Assembly: GCA_963751345.1 (NCBI GenBank)
Contig: CAVVUS010000036.1
Location: 1 to 63,521 of the forward strand
From: an uncultured Chloroflexia bacterium
GTDB taxonomy: Bacteria; Chloroflexota; Anaerolineae; B4-G1; SLSP01
Direction: 5' to 3'
DNA length: 63,521 nt
The position numbers and the translations under genes are program-made. The stretch's first letter is position 1, and each line of letters starts with the position of its first letter. The notes under the pieces are model-generated. The model did not search any database. It was not told the origin of the DNA and saw nothing but the letters and a program-made list of their open reading frames with translations. This document shows positions 41,118 to 50,552 of this stretch, piece after piece.

Positions 41118-44100
41118 TTGAGTGCCTCCACGAACACAACCACCCTCATAACGAAGGTCATGCTGCCCCGCCGGCGTGACGATATTCTGACCCGCCAGCG
41201 GCTGCTCAATGGCCTGTATGATATGGTGGACTACCGGTTGGCGCTGGTCTCTGCGCCTGCCGGCTATGGGAAGACTACGCTTCTTGTGGATTTTGCCACC
41301 GATCTGGAGCATCCCGTTTGCTGGTACGCACTGGATGCCAGCGATCACGATCCCCGGGTCTTCCTGGAGCGGTTGGTGATGGCGCTCCAGCACCGCTTCC
41401 CCAGCTTTGGCCCGGAGACGTTGCGGGCGCTGTCTGCGAGCACCGATCTCCGGGGGGGCGCGCCGGGTGTGGTCAGGGTGCTCGTCAACGAGATCGTTGC
41501 CACGATCCCGCGCTGGTTTGTCTTGGTGCTTGACGACTATCACACGCTCGGCAGGTCGCCGGACGTCGACAGTATTATCTCCAACTTCATAGCCTATCAG
41601 CGCGATCAGTGCCTCACGATCATCGCCAGCCGTACAGTACCCAACCTACCCCTCATTATTCCGCTCGTGGCGCGCGGGGGCGTCGGTGGTATCGGCCCCG
41701 ATCAGATGCGTTTTCTGCCGGAGGAGATCCAGGCGCTCTTTGCCCACAACTACGGCACCGAACTGACGCTCGACGAGGCAACCTCTCTGGCTGAACAGTC
41801 CGAAGGTTGGATCACAGGTCTTCTGCTCACGGCCTATACCAGGCGGCAGGGCGTGCTTCAGAGCTGGATGCGAGCCCGCAGCTCGCATCAGCCTGTCTAT
41901 GATTATCTCACCCAGGAAGTGCTGGATCGCCAGCCACCCGAGATGAGGCACTTTCTCAGCATCTCCTCGACCCTGGCCGATATGAACGAGCGGTTGTGCC
42001 AGGAGATCCTAGGGATCGACAACGCGCTGGATCTGTTGGAGGCGATCGAGGCGGGCAACCTCTTTGTCACCCACTTTGAGGACGATTGGTATCGCTATCA
42101 CCATCTCTTCCGCGAGTTCCTCCAGAACCACTTTCGCCATCAGGACGTGCACGAATGGCGGTCACTTCACGTGCGCGCGGCTCGGTGGTTCGAGAGCCAC
42201 GAGGAGCTAAGCGAGGCTGTCACTCATTACCTCGCGGTCGGTGCCCAGGAGGATGCCGCACGGTTGATGGGGGAGATCGCGTATGACCTCTACGTGACAG
42301 GCCAACTGGCCACTTTGATGACGTGGCGCGCCCAGTTGCCAGACGAGATTCTGCTTGGTGAGCCGCGCCTGGCACTCTACCAGTCACGCGCAGCCTACAA
42401 GCTGGGTCAGCAGGACACGGCGCTCGCCCTGACCGAACTGGCCGAACATGGCTATCGCGAGGCAAACGATATGCAGGGGGTGGCGTATGCGCTGCTGCAC
42501 CGCTGCCAAATCTGGTTAAGTCAGGGGAAAGCTGAGGAAGCCCTTGCTCTTGCCGGTTCCACCCTGTCGCTCATCAATGGTGCCGGCGTCTATGTGGGGC
42601 ACGAGGCGCATCGCATCCTGGGGCTGGCTCACGTCGATCTGGGGGACCTGTCGCACGCCAACGATCACCTGCATCGAGCGCTGGAGCTTAGTGATGCTCA
42701 TGCGGACGCGTACGCCAGCGCCCTGGTGCGAACCGGCTTGGCTCACTGCATCAGCTTGCAGGGGGATCTCGAGGACGCTGTGGCGCTAAACCAGGAGGCC
42801 GTGGTCATCTGGCGCCGTATCGGCAGCGACGCAGGCCTTGCCGACGAGCTCAACGATTTGGGGTTCCATCTCTACACGCTGGGTGAGTACGACGAGGCAA
42901 TGCGATGCTTCCAGGAGGCGCTGGCCTTGAGCAGGCAGACCGGGCTTCGCCAGGCGGAGGCTATCTCCTTGATCAACCTGGGCGAGATGACCTGCGATCT
43001 GGGGCTGTTGGATCAGGCCACTCACTACCTTGAGGCAGGGAACCAGATGGCGCACGCGCTGGGCGATGGCTTCCTGACCGCCTATAGCCTGGAGGCGCTT
43101 GGCCTCGTCCAGCGTGCACAGAAGAGATATGCGGAAGCGGCCGTGACGATCAAGTCGGCCCTCGAACTGGCTACTACCCAGAAGTCTGATTTCCAGCTTG
43201 GCCGCTATCGCTCCTCGTTGGGCATCATTATGGCCGAAGGCGGGCGAGCCGACGAGGGGCTTTCCGAGATCGAGGACGCCATCGAGGTCCTGAGCCGGCT
43301 TGGGGCAGCCGTCGATCTTCACAGGGCCCACCTGCGCAGAGCATGGGCCCTCCACCTTAAGGGTGCTCCGGAGGAGGCTCTGGCACTGTTCGGGAGTCTC
43401 CTGGACGCCGTTCCTGCCGCGGCTGAAGCCCAGGTCTTCGTCGGCGAGGGCCAGCACGCGATGGCGCTGCTCAACGCAGCCCGTCGTGCTTTCAGGGAAC
43501 ATCCAGCGCGGGTGAAGCGGATCAGGGAGATCCTCAGGCGTATTAAGGGACTCAAGGAAGTGGCGGCTCGGCTCTATCCTTTGGCCGCACCTGTCACACG
43601 CGATGGTGAGCCAACCCTGCGGATCTTTGGGTTTGGCCCGGGGCGGGTCGAGCTCAAGGGCGAGACGATCCCGGCGACAGCATGGGGGGCCATAGCGGCC
43701 CGCCAATTGCTCTTCTACATGATGATCCACGAGGCCTGTACCCGCGAGCAGATCGTCGCCGACTTCTGGCCTGATCTGCCCCCGCAGAAGGCGAAAGCCA
43801 GCTTCCACACGACCAAGTTCCGTCTCAACCGGGCACTCGGCGTCGATGCTATCGATTATGATGGCCAGCTCTACATGCTCCATCCGGATCTCAATGTCTG
43901 GTTCGACGTGAAGGAGTTCCACCAGCGCCTCGATAAGTGGCGTGAGACGCAGGACGTAGACGTGCTGGCGGCTGCCACCGAGCTGTACAACGGCGATTTC
44001 CTCTCGGAATGCTATATGGATTGGTGCGGGGTCGAACGAGAGGCCCTGCGCGTCGTCTGTATGGAGGCACTCGAGGCCCTGGCCGAGCGGCTGCTCACCC

Positions 44101-44336
44101 GGAGGCAGTATAAGCGGGCCGTACGTGCATTACGCCAGGCACTCACCCTGGAGCCGACGCGCGAGACCTATCACCAGCAGCTGATGCGCGCCTACGGGCT
44201 CTCAGGACAGCGTAGTGAGGCGTTGGTCCAGTACGAACGGTGTGCGACGGAGCTCCGTGAGCAATTGGGGGCCGCGCCGTCCCAGGATACCGTCGAGTTG
44301 TACCGGCGAATTCTAGAGGAGGCGCCTTTGAGCTAG
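41118..44336 (+). CDS. MalT-like STAND regulator: AAA - winged helix - TPR - OmpR-type HTH/BTAD
   Basis: SAPAGYGKTTLL, VLDDYH, SEGWITGL, YRYHHLFREFL, many TPR-like repeats, LRIFGFG, YNGDFL, LEPTRETYHQQLMRAY. Confidence 0.9.
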   Translation: MSASTNTTTLITKVMLPRRRDDILTRQRLLNGLYDMVDYRLALVSAPAGYGKTTLLVDFATDLEHPVCWYALDASDHDPRVFLERLVMALQHRFPSFGPETLRALSASTDLRGGAPGVVRVLVNEIVATIPRWFVLVLDDYHTLGRSPDVDSIISNFIAYQRDQCLTIIASRTVPNLPLIIPLVARGGVGGIGPDQMRFLPEEIQALFAHNYGTELTLDEATSLAEQSEGWITGLLLTAYTRRQGVLQSWMRARSSHQPVYDYLTQEVLDRQPPEMRHFLSISSTLADMNERLCQEILGIDNALDLLEAIEAGNLFVTHFEDDWYRYHHLFREFLQNHFRHQDVHEWRSLHVRAARWFESHEELSEAVTHYLAVGAQEDAARLMGEIAYDLYVTGQLATLMTWRAQLPDEILLGEPRLALYQSRAAYKLGQQDTALALTELAEHGYREANDMQGVAYALLHRCQIWLSQGKAEEALALAGSTLSLINGAGVYVGHEAHRILGLAHVDLGDLSHANDHLHRALELSDAHADAYASALVRTGLAHCISLQGDLEDAVALNQEAVVIWRRIGSDAGLADELNDLGFHLYTLGEYDEAMRCFQEALALSRQTGLRQAEAISLINLGEMTCDLGLLDQATHYLEAGNQMAHALGDGFLTAYSLEALGLVQRAQKRYAEAAVTIKSALELATTQKSDFQLGRYRSSLGIIMAEGGRADEGLSEIEDAIEVLSRLGAAVDLHRAHLRRAWALHLKGAPEEALALFGSLLDAVPAAAEAQVFVGEGQHAMALLNAARRAFREHPARVKRIREILRRIKGLKEVAARLYPLAAPVTRDGEPTLRIFGFGPGRVELKGETIPATAWGAIAARQLLFYMMIHEACTREQIVADFWPDLPPQKAKASFHTTKFRLNRALGVDAIDYDGQLYMLHPDLNVWFDVKEFHQRLDKWRETQDVDVLAAATELYNGDFLSECYMDWCGVEREALRVVCMEALEALAERLLTRRQYKRAVRALRQALTLEPTRETYHQQLMRAYGLSGQRSEALVQYERCATELREQLGAAPSQDTVELYRRILEEAPLS

Positions 44337-44474
44337 GATTGCCGGGGTGAGCCCCGGCGCTTGATCTACGGAAGCTGTTGTGCGCGCGGGATCCGGATCC
44401 TGCGCGTTTCTGTCTCGCTCGCCTGACTGCCCCACTCCCCCCAGTTTCGACGGATTCCCCAAAGTCGTCCATCT

Positions 44475-44519
44475 CGTTACCGCCACGTTTACCGTTTCGT
44501 AACCGGTCACCTCTATGCT
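44475..44519 (+). promoter_or_regulatory. Putative SARP/BTAD-type activator site with -10 box
   Basis: CGTTACCG (44475), CGTTTACCG (44486), CGTAACCG (44498), spaced 11-12 bp. TATGCT -10 (44514-44519) lies 8 bp after the last repeat; no canonical -35. Confidence 0.5.
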
Positions 44520-44567
44520 GTGAGCAGATTCGAAAAACGAACTCACACACAGCACGGAGGTAGAGAG

Positions 44568-44741
44568 ATGACGGCACGGATGCAGTTGGCCCTGATGAAG
44601 ATGGATGATCCCCGGGTTGTTCGAGTCCTGATGCTCGGACTGGCGATGGTTCTCGCTCTGGTTACACATGGGTCCCCAAGTGGCGCGGAGGCGGTCTATG
44701 CATGCCCATCAACGGGTGGCGGCGGCTGCACGGGCGGGTAG
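44568..44741 (+). CDS. 57-aa putative secreted peptide precursor with C-terminal Cys-Gly-rich core
   Basis: GGAGG RBS 7 nt upstream. MTARMQLALMKMDDPRVVRVLMLGLAMVLALVTHGSPSGAEAVYACPSTGGGGCTGG. Confidence 0.7.
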   Translation: MTARMQLALMKMDDPRVVRVLMLGLAMVLALVTHGSPSGAEAVYACPSTGGGGCTGG

Positions 44742-44757
44742 CACGGAGGTGGGTCCA

Positions 44758-45000
44758 ATGTCCGACATTGCGCTGCGAAGCTTGATCGCCCACGCAGTGG
44801 TCGATCCTCAACTGTGCACGAAGTTACTCGACGGCGAACGGGAGCACGTGCTAGCGCAGTTCGAGTTGGATGACGTGGAGCGGCTGGCGCTAAGGCGAAT
44901 CAAGGCCTCGTCTCTTCAGGCGTTCGCCGCTCAATTGGATGACTGGATGCAGTCGCGCCCCTACATCAGGATGGTGAGCGAGTCTTCAGGTGAGACATAG
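44758..45000 (+). CDS. 80-aa NHLP-leader-like (Os1348/Franean1_4349-like) helical protein
   Basis: GGAGG RBS. LIAHAVVDPQLCTKLL...LAQFELDDVERLAL resembles the 'rA..D..Fr..Ll......l..y.Lt..E..aL' pattern. Confidence 0.6.
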   Translation: MSDIALRSLIAHAVVDPQLCTKLLDGEREHVLAQFELDDVERLALRRIKASSLQAFAAQLDDWMQSRPYIRMVSESSGET

Positions 45001-45009
45001 GATGCGTCT

Positions 45010-45475
45010 ATGACCATTGATTATGCCGTGCTCGACCAGGGATCGCTCGTCTATGCACGCGCGCGAGGCCCTGTGACGGGCGCTGATCTGATCGACCACG
45101 AGCGGAAGCTCCTGGCGGATCCGTGCGTCAAGCGAGGCTATCGGCAGTTGCTGGATTACCGCTGGGTTGCTGATGATGCCATTGAGGAGGGATTCCTCGA
45201 CAGACTGGCTGAGACTCATGCTCGGGGTCGATTGAAGCTGCGCGGGGCCCGTTACGCGATGGTCGCGCAGGGCTCGCGGTGGTTCAGTCTGGGGAACAAG
45301 TACCATTGTGAGCCCTATGGCATGACGCTGATCGTTTTCAACGATCCCAGCACCGCCTGCATATGGCTCGGAGCAGACTTCGCCGACCTGGTAGAGGTGT
45401 GGCGCTCCGGGCCGCGCGCCGACCATGCCGGTTGTGGACCTGGTTGGGGCGGTCACAACCACCCAGACTTCCTAG
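45010..45475 (+). CDS. STAS/SpoIIAA-like small alpha/beta protein; C-terminus probably frameshifted
   Basis: VYARARGPVT..DL, RQLLDYR, RYAMVA, VFNDPSTACIWLG. The called ORF to 45654 would overlap the convergent Crp gene. Confidence 0.55.
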
Positions 45476-45490
45476 CTCATTGGTGTGAAG

Positions 45491-46192
45491 TCAGCGGCCG
45501 GCTATCCGCTCAAGCTCGTCTCGGTTCAAGAGGACGATACGTCCACGCTCTAGCCGGATCAATCCGGCTTCCTCAAGCGCGCGGAGTTCACGTCCTACCA
45601 TGTCGCGCACCGTCCCCAGGTGCACGGCGATCTGCTGTTGGGTCCATTCCCTGACCTCTTCACTTGTCCCGTCTTTCTGGGGGGCGGCGTCAAGGAGGAA
45701 GCGGGCCAGCCTCTCCTGAACTGAGTGAAGCGCGAGCCCCTCCACCAGGTTCGTGAGGTGGCTCAGGCGTTGCGCAAAGTCCCCCAGAACGACCATTGCC
45801 AGGTCTCCATGCGTCCTGACCAGTTGCAGGAAGTCCTCCTTCAGCAGCACACAGAGCGTGACCTCGGTCAGGGCGACCGCATTGGCGGGATTCCGCCCAT
45901 CCGGCTCGAAAACGGGAACGGTATTGAAGGCCTGGCCCGGTCCAAGGCGTACGAGGACCTGCTCACGCCCCTCCTGTGAGACACGATAGACCCGGACAGC
46001 CCCCTCCATGATGAAGTACCCGGCCCGGCAGCGGTCTCCCTCCAGCAGAATGTGCTCGTCGGGTGCGTAGCGCATGACGGCAGCTGCGGCAACCACGCGA
46101 GTGAGCGTTGTCTCTGAGAGGGTGGCGAAGAGGGCCACCTTACGCAGGCGCTCCACATCCATGCTCTCAGTGCTCGTGCGGCTACGCGACAT
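45491..46192 (-). CDS. Crp/Fnr family regulator (HcpR-like by context)
   Basis: cNMP-binding domain (EGDRC, GREQVL, LGPG) and WTQQQIAVHLGTVRDMVGREL HTH. Confidence 0.88.
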   Translation of the reverse strand: MSRSRTSTESMDVERLRKVALFATLSETTLTRVVAAAAVMRYAPDEHILLEGDRCRAGYFIMEGAVRVYRVSQEGREQVLVRLGPGQAFNTVPVFEPDGRNPANAVALTEVTLCVLLKEDFLQLVRTHGDLAMVVLGDFAQRLSHLTNLVEGLALHSVQERLARFLLDAAPQKDGTSEEVREWTQQQIAVHLGTVRDMVGRELRALEEAGLIRLERGRIVLLNRDELERIAGR

Positions 46193-47072
46193 CGATGCTC
46201 TTCGGGGCTGACCGTCCGTCGCCAAGAAGCGCGATAAGCCCCATCAAGCCCATATTCGCGAAGGCCATCGGCGCCAGGATGGGGGCCTCACGCAGGAAAC
46301 GCTCGAAGACGATGGCGTGACCCGCTCCCAGGTCGTGGAGCATGTGAAGTGCAAGGCCAAGAGGGCCTATGACCAAGAGCACAAGCATGCTGAAGGTGTA
46401 GGTCATCAGGTCGCCACGGCTTCTCGTGGAAAGGGTGCCGACAAAGAACGCGACGACAACGCCGAATATGCCCGCAAGCGTGGGAATCCAGAGCCAGGGA
46501 CTGGCGAATCCGCCCCGTACGTGGTCGACGACACTACTAACCGCGGCAATGGCTACGCCGAGGCTGGACAGCAGGAGGTACAAGCTGCTCTTGCGACTCT
46601 CGGGCCGCAGGCCTGAAAGTGTAACCAAGCCCAAGATGCCAACCAAGGCGAAGGAGGCAGGCGCCAGCAGGGGGACACCCCACACGATGAGGCCAAGGGT
46701 GACTCTGGCACCCGCAGGGGCAAAGGGGCGCAGCGATCTCGCCAGGTGAAAATAGGTGCCGACTGAACCGACGAGGATGCTGCCCACCAGGATGACGCGC
46801 ATCAGGGTTGTGGCCCAGGCCGCGCCCTTGCGGCGCCCAACGTAGCCTGCGATTAGGCCGATGGCGGCTGAGGGCCCGAACAAGATCGGGATCCACTCGT
46901 AAGGCCGCAAGGTGCCGTTGCTGATGTGCGCGAGTGTGGCCTCGACACCCAGCAGCAGTTCGTTGAGGATGACAAAGAGCTGATAGACTTCATCTCGGGA
47001 GATTGCGCACCACCGCGCGTCGCACCTAAGCCTGCGAAGTCCCGGAAGGAGGATGGTCAGGTCACCGTTCAT
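46182..47072 (-). CDS. Polytopic membrane protein coupled to the multiheme cytochrome
   Basis: ATGA overlap with the cytochrome stop. Two internal repeats, each with His-bearing helices (LAH...YFH; VDH...LHMLH) and P.LAP motifs. Confidence 0.7.
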   Translation of the reverse strand: MNGDLTILLPGLRRLRCDARWCAISRDEVYQLFVILNELLLGVEATLAHISNGTLRPYEWIPILFGPSAAIGLIAGYVGRRKGAAWATTLMRVILVGSILVGSVGTYFHLARSLRPFAPAGARVTLGLIVWGVPLLAPASFALVGILGLVTLSGLRPESRKSSLYLLLSSLGVAIAAVSSVVDHVRGGFASPWLWIPTLAGIFGVVVAFFVGTLSTRSRGDLMTYTFSMLVLLVIGPLGLALHMLHDLGAGHAIVFERFLREAPILAPMAFANMGLMGLIALLGDGRSAPKSIDVA

Positions 47073-48340
47073 GGGGACGATTGCCCGGTTAGCTCGGAAC
47101 CTATGCTTCGCAGCTCGGCTAGATCGCTCAGTATCTCGTAGGCGCCGTGCCACTGCACATAGTCAGGCCCCTGCATCCAGGCGCCAAACTTGACCGTACG
47201 CCCCCAATGGTGCCAGAGCTCGAAGGAGACGAAATCTACCGGCTGGTCGAAGGGCTCAGAAGTCAGGGCGCCGGCCTGCTGCAGGGGCGCCAGGATGCTG
47301 TTGCTCTCCGCAACCCAATCGTTTACTGCCGTCGTCGCTGCATCTGCAGCCGTGTAGAAGTTGCTGATAAACGTCGCATTGTGGCAGGCGCTGCACACGC
47401 CCTGCATGCGGTCGACGTTCGCCGCCCAATCGGGCCGACGTGTGCTCTGTGACGCGAAGAGATACCATGCCAGACGTTCCCCAACGTCGTGGGTCGTACC
47501 GGTTGCGCCAAACCCGCTGATATGGCAAGTGGCGCACGTGGGTGCAGGTAGGTCAACCGGCGTCAGCGTGCCCGGATCGGCGTCCCAATGCCAGTCGCTC
47601 CCGCCGGTCAGATATGCGATGCCGTGTGGTGATTCCTGGTAGATCTCCCATTGCGGGTGGTCTGGACCGATGTGGCACGCATTGCACGTCTCCGGCTTAC
47701 GCGCTTGCTCCAAGCTAAAAGAGTGGCGTAAGTGACAGTCTTGACACTCTCCCACCGAACCATCGGAGCGCGGCAGGCCCACGTTGTGGCAAGTCTCGCA
47801 CGCGAACTGGGTGACATCGGGCCCCTCCAGCGCGTAGAGTTGGTTGCGTTCCTGATCCGGTGCGTAGGTGCCCTCAGGGATGGCTTGGTACTTTGCCAGC
47901 ATCTCCACCGACAGTCCTTGAGCGCCGGCATAGGCTACATACGCAGGCAGGCTGTGGCGACTCGCGTAGAACTGGTCGGTCTCCGCCTCGTGGCAGGCCC
48001 TGCATTTCGCAGGGGTTGGGCTGCTGAGCACCCACGTGCCTTCATGGGCGACAGCTTCGGGATAGCTCTCAGGCACTTCATGACAGTCCTTGCACGTCGT
48101 TCCGGCGGCTGCCATGGTGCTTCGGCCAAACTGATCAACGATACCGGGTGACTCGTCACGATGACACGTGACACACGGGTCCGTGCTCTCGGCCAAGGCG
48201 TCCACGGCCTTCACAGGCATTGCGAGACTTTGTCGCTCACCGAGCCCCGCGATGATCAAGCCTAGACCGACGACGATCAGCGTTGCCGTCACGCCGACCA
48301 CGACGGTTCTTACCGATTTCCACGTGATGGTTCGCGACAT
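47069..48340 (-). CDS. Octaheme cytochrome c, hydroxylamine oxidoreductase-like
   Basis: Eight CxxCH (CVTCH, CKDCH, CRACH, CETCH, CQDCH, CNACH, CATCH, CSACH), GPDHPQWEIYQESPHG, GPDYVQWHG, N-terminal TM. Confidence 0.88.
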   Translation of the reverse strand: MSRTITWKSVRTVVVGVTATLIVVGLGLIIAGLGERQSLAMPVKAVDALAESTDPCVTCHRDESPGIVDQFGRSTMAAAGTTCKDCHEVPESYPEAVAHEGTWVLSSPTPAKCRACHEAETDQFYASRHSLPAYVAYAGAQGLSVEMLAKYQAIPEGTYAPDQERNQLYALEGPDVTQFACETCHNVGLPRSDGSVGECQDCHLRHSFSLEQARKPETCNACHIGPDHPQWEIYQESPHGIAYLTGGSDWHWDADPGTLTPVDLPAPTCATCHISGFGATGTTHDVGERLAWYLFASQSTRRPDWAANVDRMQGVCSACHNATFISNFYTAADAATTAVNDWVAESNSILAPLQQAGALTSEPFDQPVDFVSFELWHHWGRTVKFGAWMQGPDYVQWHGAYEILSDLAELRSIGSELTGQSSP

Positions 48341-48432
48341 AGGGCCCTCCCTGGGTCTCGGCTCATTGCCTGCTGGGTTGTGTCTGAGTGCCTTACTATA
48401 GCACCGATCCTCATCAGCAGAACTCGGGTCCG

Positions 48433-48475
48433 TGTGACTTTTGTCGTAGTCATTGGGCGCCTCCGCTGGTAGGAT
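48433..48475 (+). promoter_or_regulatory. Crp/Fnr-type box plus extended -10 of the ferredoxin-hcp operon
   Basis: TGTGA-N6-TCGTA (48433-48448) and TG-n-TAGGAT (48470-48475). The box is centred about -41.5 from the predicted TSS. Confidence 0.55.
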
Positions 48476-48537
48476 AGGAGTCGGGTCGGGCGTTATCAGT
48501 GGGCTCGCCGTCGGTGAGGTTCGGTGTGGAGGGCGAA

Positions 48538-48774
48538 ATGTCTATACGGAGTGTACCAATCATTGATCGTGGCGCCTGCACGGCCTGCGGTATCTGTGTG
48601 GCGGCGTGCCCGGAGCACGTGGTTGCGTTGGATGCGCACGAGCTGGTGTTGGTGCACCCTGAATCTTGCACTTACTGTGGCCAGTGTGAGTCGAGCTGCC
48701 CGGTCGATGCTATCGCGCTCCCCTATACCATTACCTGGGATAAAGGCAGCCAAGGGGCTGTAGGGCGCCCTTAG
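48538..48774 (+). CDS. 2x[4Fe-4S] ferredoxin
   Basis: CTACGICVAACP and CTYCGQCESSCP. Confidence 0.9.
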   Translation: MSIRSVPIIDRGACTACGICVAACPEHVVALDAHELVLVHPESCTYCGQCESSCPVDAIALPYTITWDKGSQGAVGRP

Positions 48775-48824
48775 CCACGCCGGTCATATCCTAATCTATC
48801 AGTTTATCGCACAAGGAGGTTGTA

Positions 48825-50513
48825 ATGTCGGAGATGTTCTGTTATCAGTGCCAGGAAGCGGCCAAGAACGAAGGTTGCACGGTTCGCGGCGTCTGTGGCA
48901 AGACGCCGGAGGTCGCGCATCTGCAGGATCTGCTCACGTGGCTGCTCAAAGGGATCTCGTTCTGGGCTGTCCGCGGGCGTAAGAATCTGGGTATCGTCGA
49001 ACCGGAGACCGACCGGTTCGTCGCTGAGGCACTGTTTGCGACGGTGACTAATGTGAACTTCGATCCGGATCGCCACGTCGCGTGGATCAAGGAAGCCGTG
49101 ACACGGCGTGACGCGTTGCGCGCACGCGCTCAGGCCCGATGCGGCCAGTTGCACGGCGCCGGCGCCTGTTCGGCGAATCTGCCCGAGCACGCGGTCTGGA
49201 CGCCGAAGAGCTACGAGACTAAGATATTGGATATGAAGGGGCAGTTGGTTGGCGTGCTGGCTGACCCGGCGCTGGATCCCGATATCCGCTCGCTGCGCGA
49301 GCTGCTGATCTATGGGCTCAAGGGTATGGCTGCCTACACCGAGCACGCTTACGTTCTGGAGAAGGCTAACGATAACATCCTCGCTTTCATCGAGGAGGCA
49401 CTGGATGCCACGACGGACGACGAGCTGGGCGCGGACGACCTGGTTGGCTTGGTCCTGAGGACCGGCGAGATGGGGGTGGAGGCCATGCGTCTGCTGGATG
49501 AGGCGAACACGGGCGCCTACGGCAACCCCGAGCCGACGCAGGTCAGCCTGGGTGTTCGGCCCGGCCCCGCCATCCTGGTGAGTGGTCACGATCTCCGGGA
49601 CCTGCAGGAGCTGCTTGAGCAGACGAAGGATCGCGGAGTCAACGTCTACACGCACGGGGAGATGCTGCCCGCCAACGCCTATCCGGCCTTCAAGGCTTAC
49701 GATCACTTCGTCGGAAACTATGGCGGATCGTGGTGGCATCAGCAGAATGAGTTCGATCGTTTCGGCGGGGCGATTCTGATGACGACAAACTGCCTCGTCC
49801 AACCACGGGAGAGCTACAAGGACAGGCTCTTCACGACCGGACTCGTGGGGTGGCCTGGAGCGACCCATATCTCGGATCGTCAGCCAGGTGGGCAGAAGGA
49901 TTTCAGCCCCGTGATCGCGGCGGCTTTGGCTTCGGATGAGCCGCAGGCGCTTGAAGAGGGGACGATCCCCATCGGCTTTGCTCACGCCACCGTGATGGGT
50001 GTGGCGGACAAAGTGATCGAGGCTGTCCAGGCCGGTGACATTCGCCGGTTCGTGGTGATGGCGGGGTGTGATGGACGGCAACAGTCGCGCGACTACTTCA
50101 CGGACGTGGCGCAGGAGCTTCCGGCGGATCACGTGATCCTGACGGCGGGCTGCGCCAAGTACCGGTACAATAAGCTCGATCTGGGCGACATCGGCGGCAT
50201 CCCGCGGGTGCTCGATGCAGGGCAGTGCAACGACTCCTACTCGCTCGCCTACATTGCGCTGCAACTCAAGGCAGCACTGGGTCTGGACGATATCAACGAT
50301 CTGCCGATCTCCTACGATATCGCTTGGTACGAGCAGAAGGCGGTATTAGTGCTCCTAGCACTGCTATCGCTAGGGGTGAAGCATATCCGCTTGGGCCCGT
50401 CTCTGCCGGCCTTTCTGTCGCCGGGCGTGACCGATGTGCTAGTGAAACACTTTGATATCAAACCCACGGGGACTGTAGAAGAAGACGTCGCGGCGATCGC
50501 GGCGGGTGCGTAG
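48825..50513 (+). CDS. hcp: Hybrid cluster protein (hydroxylamine/NO reductase)
   Basis: MFCYQCQE...[50 protein letters not shown]. Confidence 0.97.
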   Translation: MSEMFCYQCQEAAKNEGCTVRGVCGKTPEVAHLQDLLTWLLKGISFWAVRGRKNLGIVEPETDRFVAEALFATVTNVNFDPDRHVAWIKEAVTRRDALRARAQARCGQLHGAGACSANLPEHAVWTPKSYETKILDMKGQLVGVLADPALDPDIRSLRELLIYGLKGMAAYTEHAYVLEKANDNILAFIEEALDATTDDELGADDLVGLVLRTGEMGVEAMRLLDEANTGAYGNPEPTQVSLGVRPGPAILVSGHDLRDLQELLEQTKDRGVNVYTHGEMLPANAYPAFKAYDHFVGNYGGSWWHQQNEFDRFGGAILMTTNCLVQPRESYKDRLFTTGLVGWPGATHISDRQPGGQKDFSPVIAAALASDEPQALEEGTIPIGFAHATVMGVADKVIEAVQAGDIRRFVVMAGCDGRQQSRDYFTDVAQELPADHVILTAGCAKYRYNKLDLGDIGGIPRVLDAGQCNDSYSLAYIALQLKAALGLDDINDLPISYDIAWYEQKAVLVLLALLSLGVKHIRLGPSLPAFLSPGVTDVLVKHFDIKPTGTVEEDVAAIAAGA

Positions 50514-50552
50514 AGAACCAGAGCCAGAAGCGGATCGAAAGAGAGGCTAACG

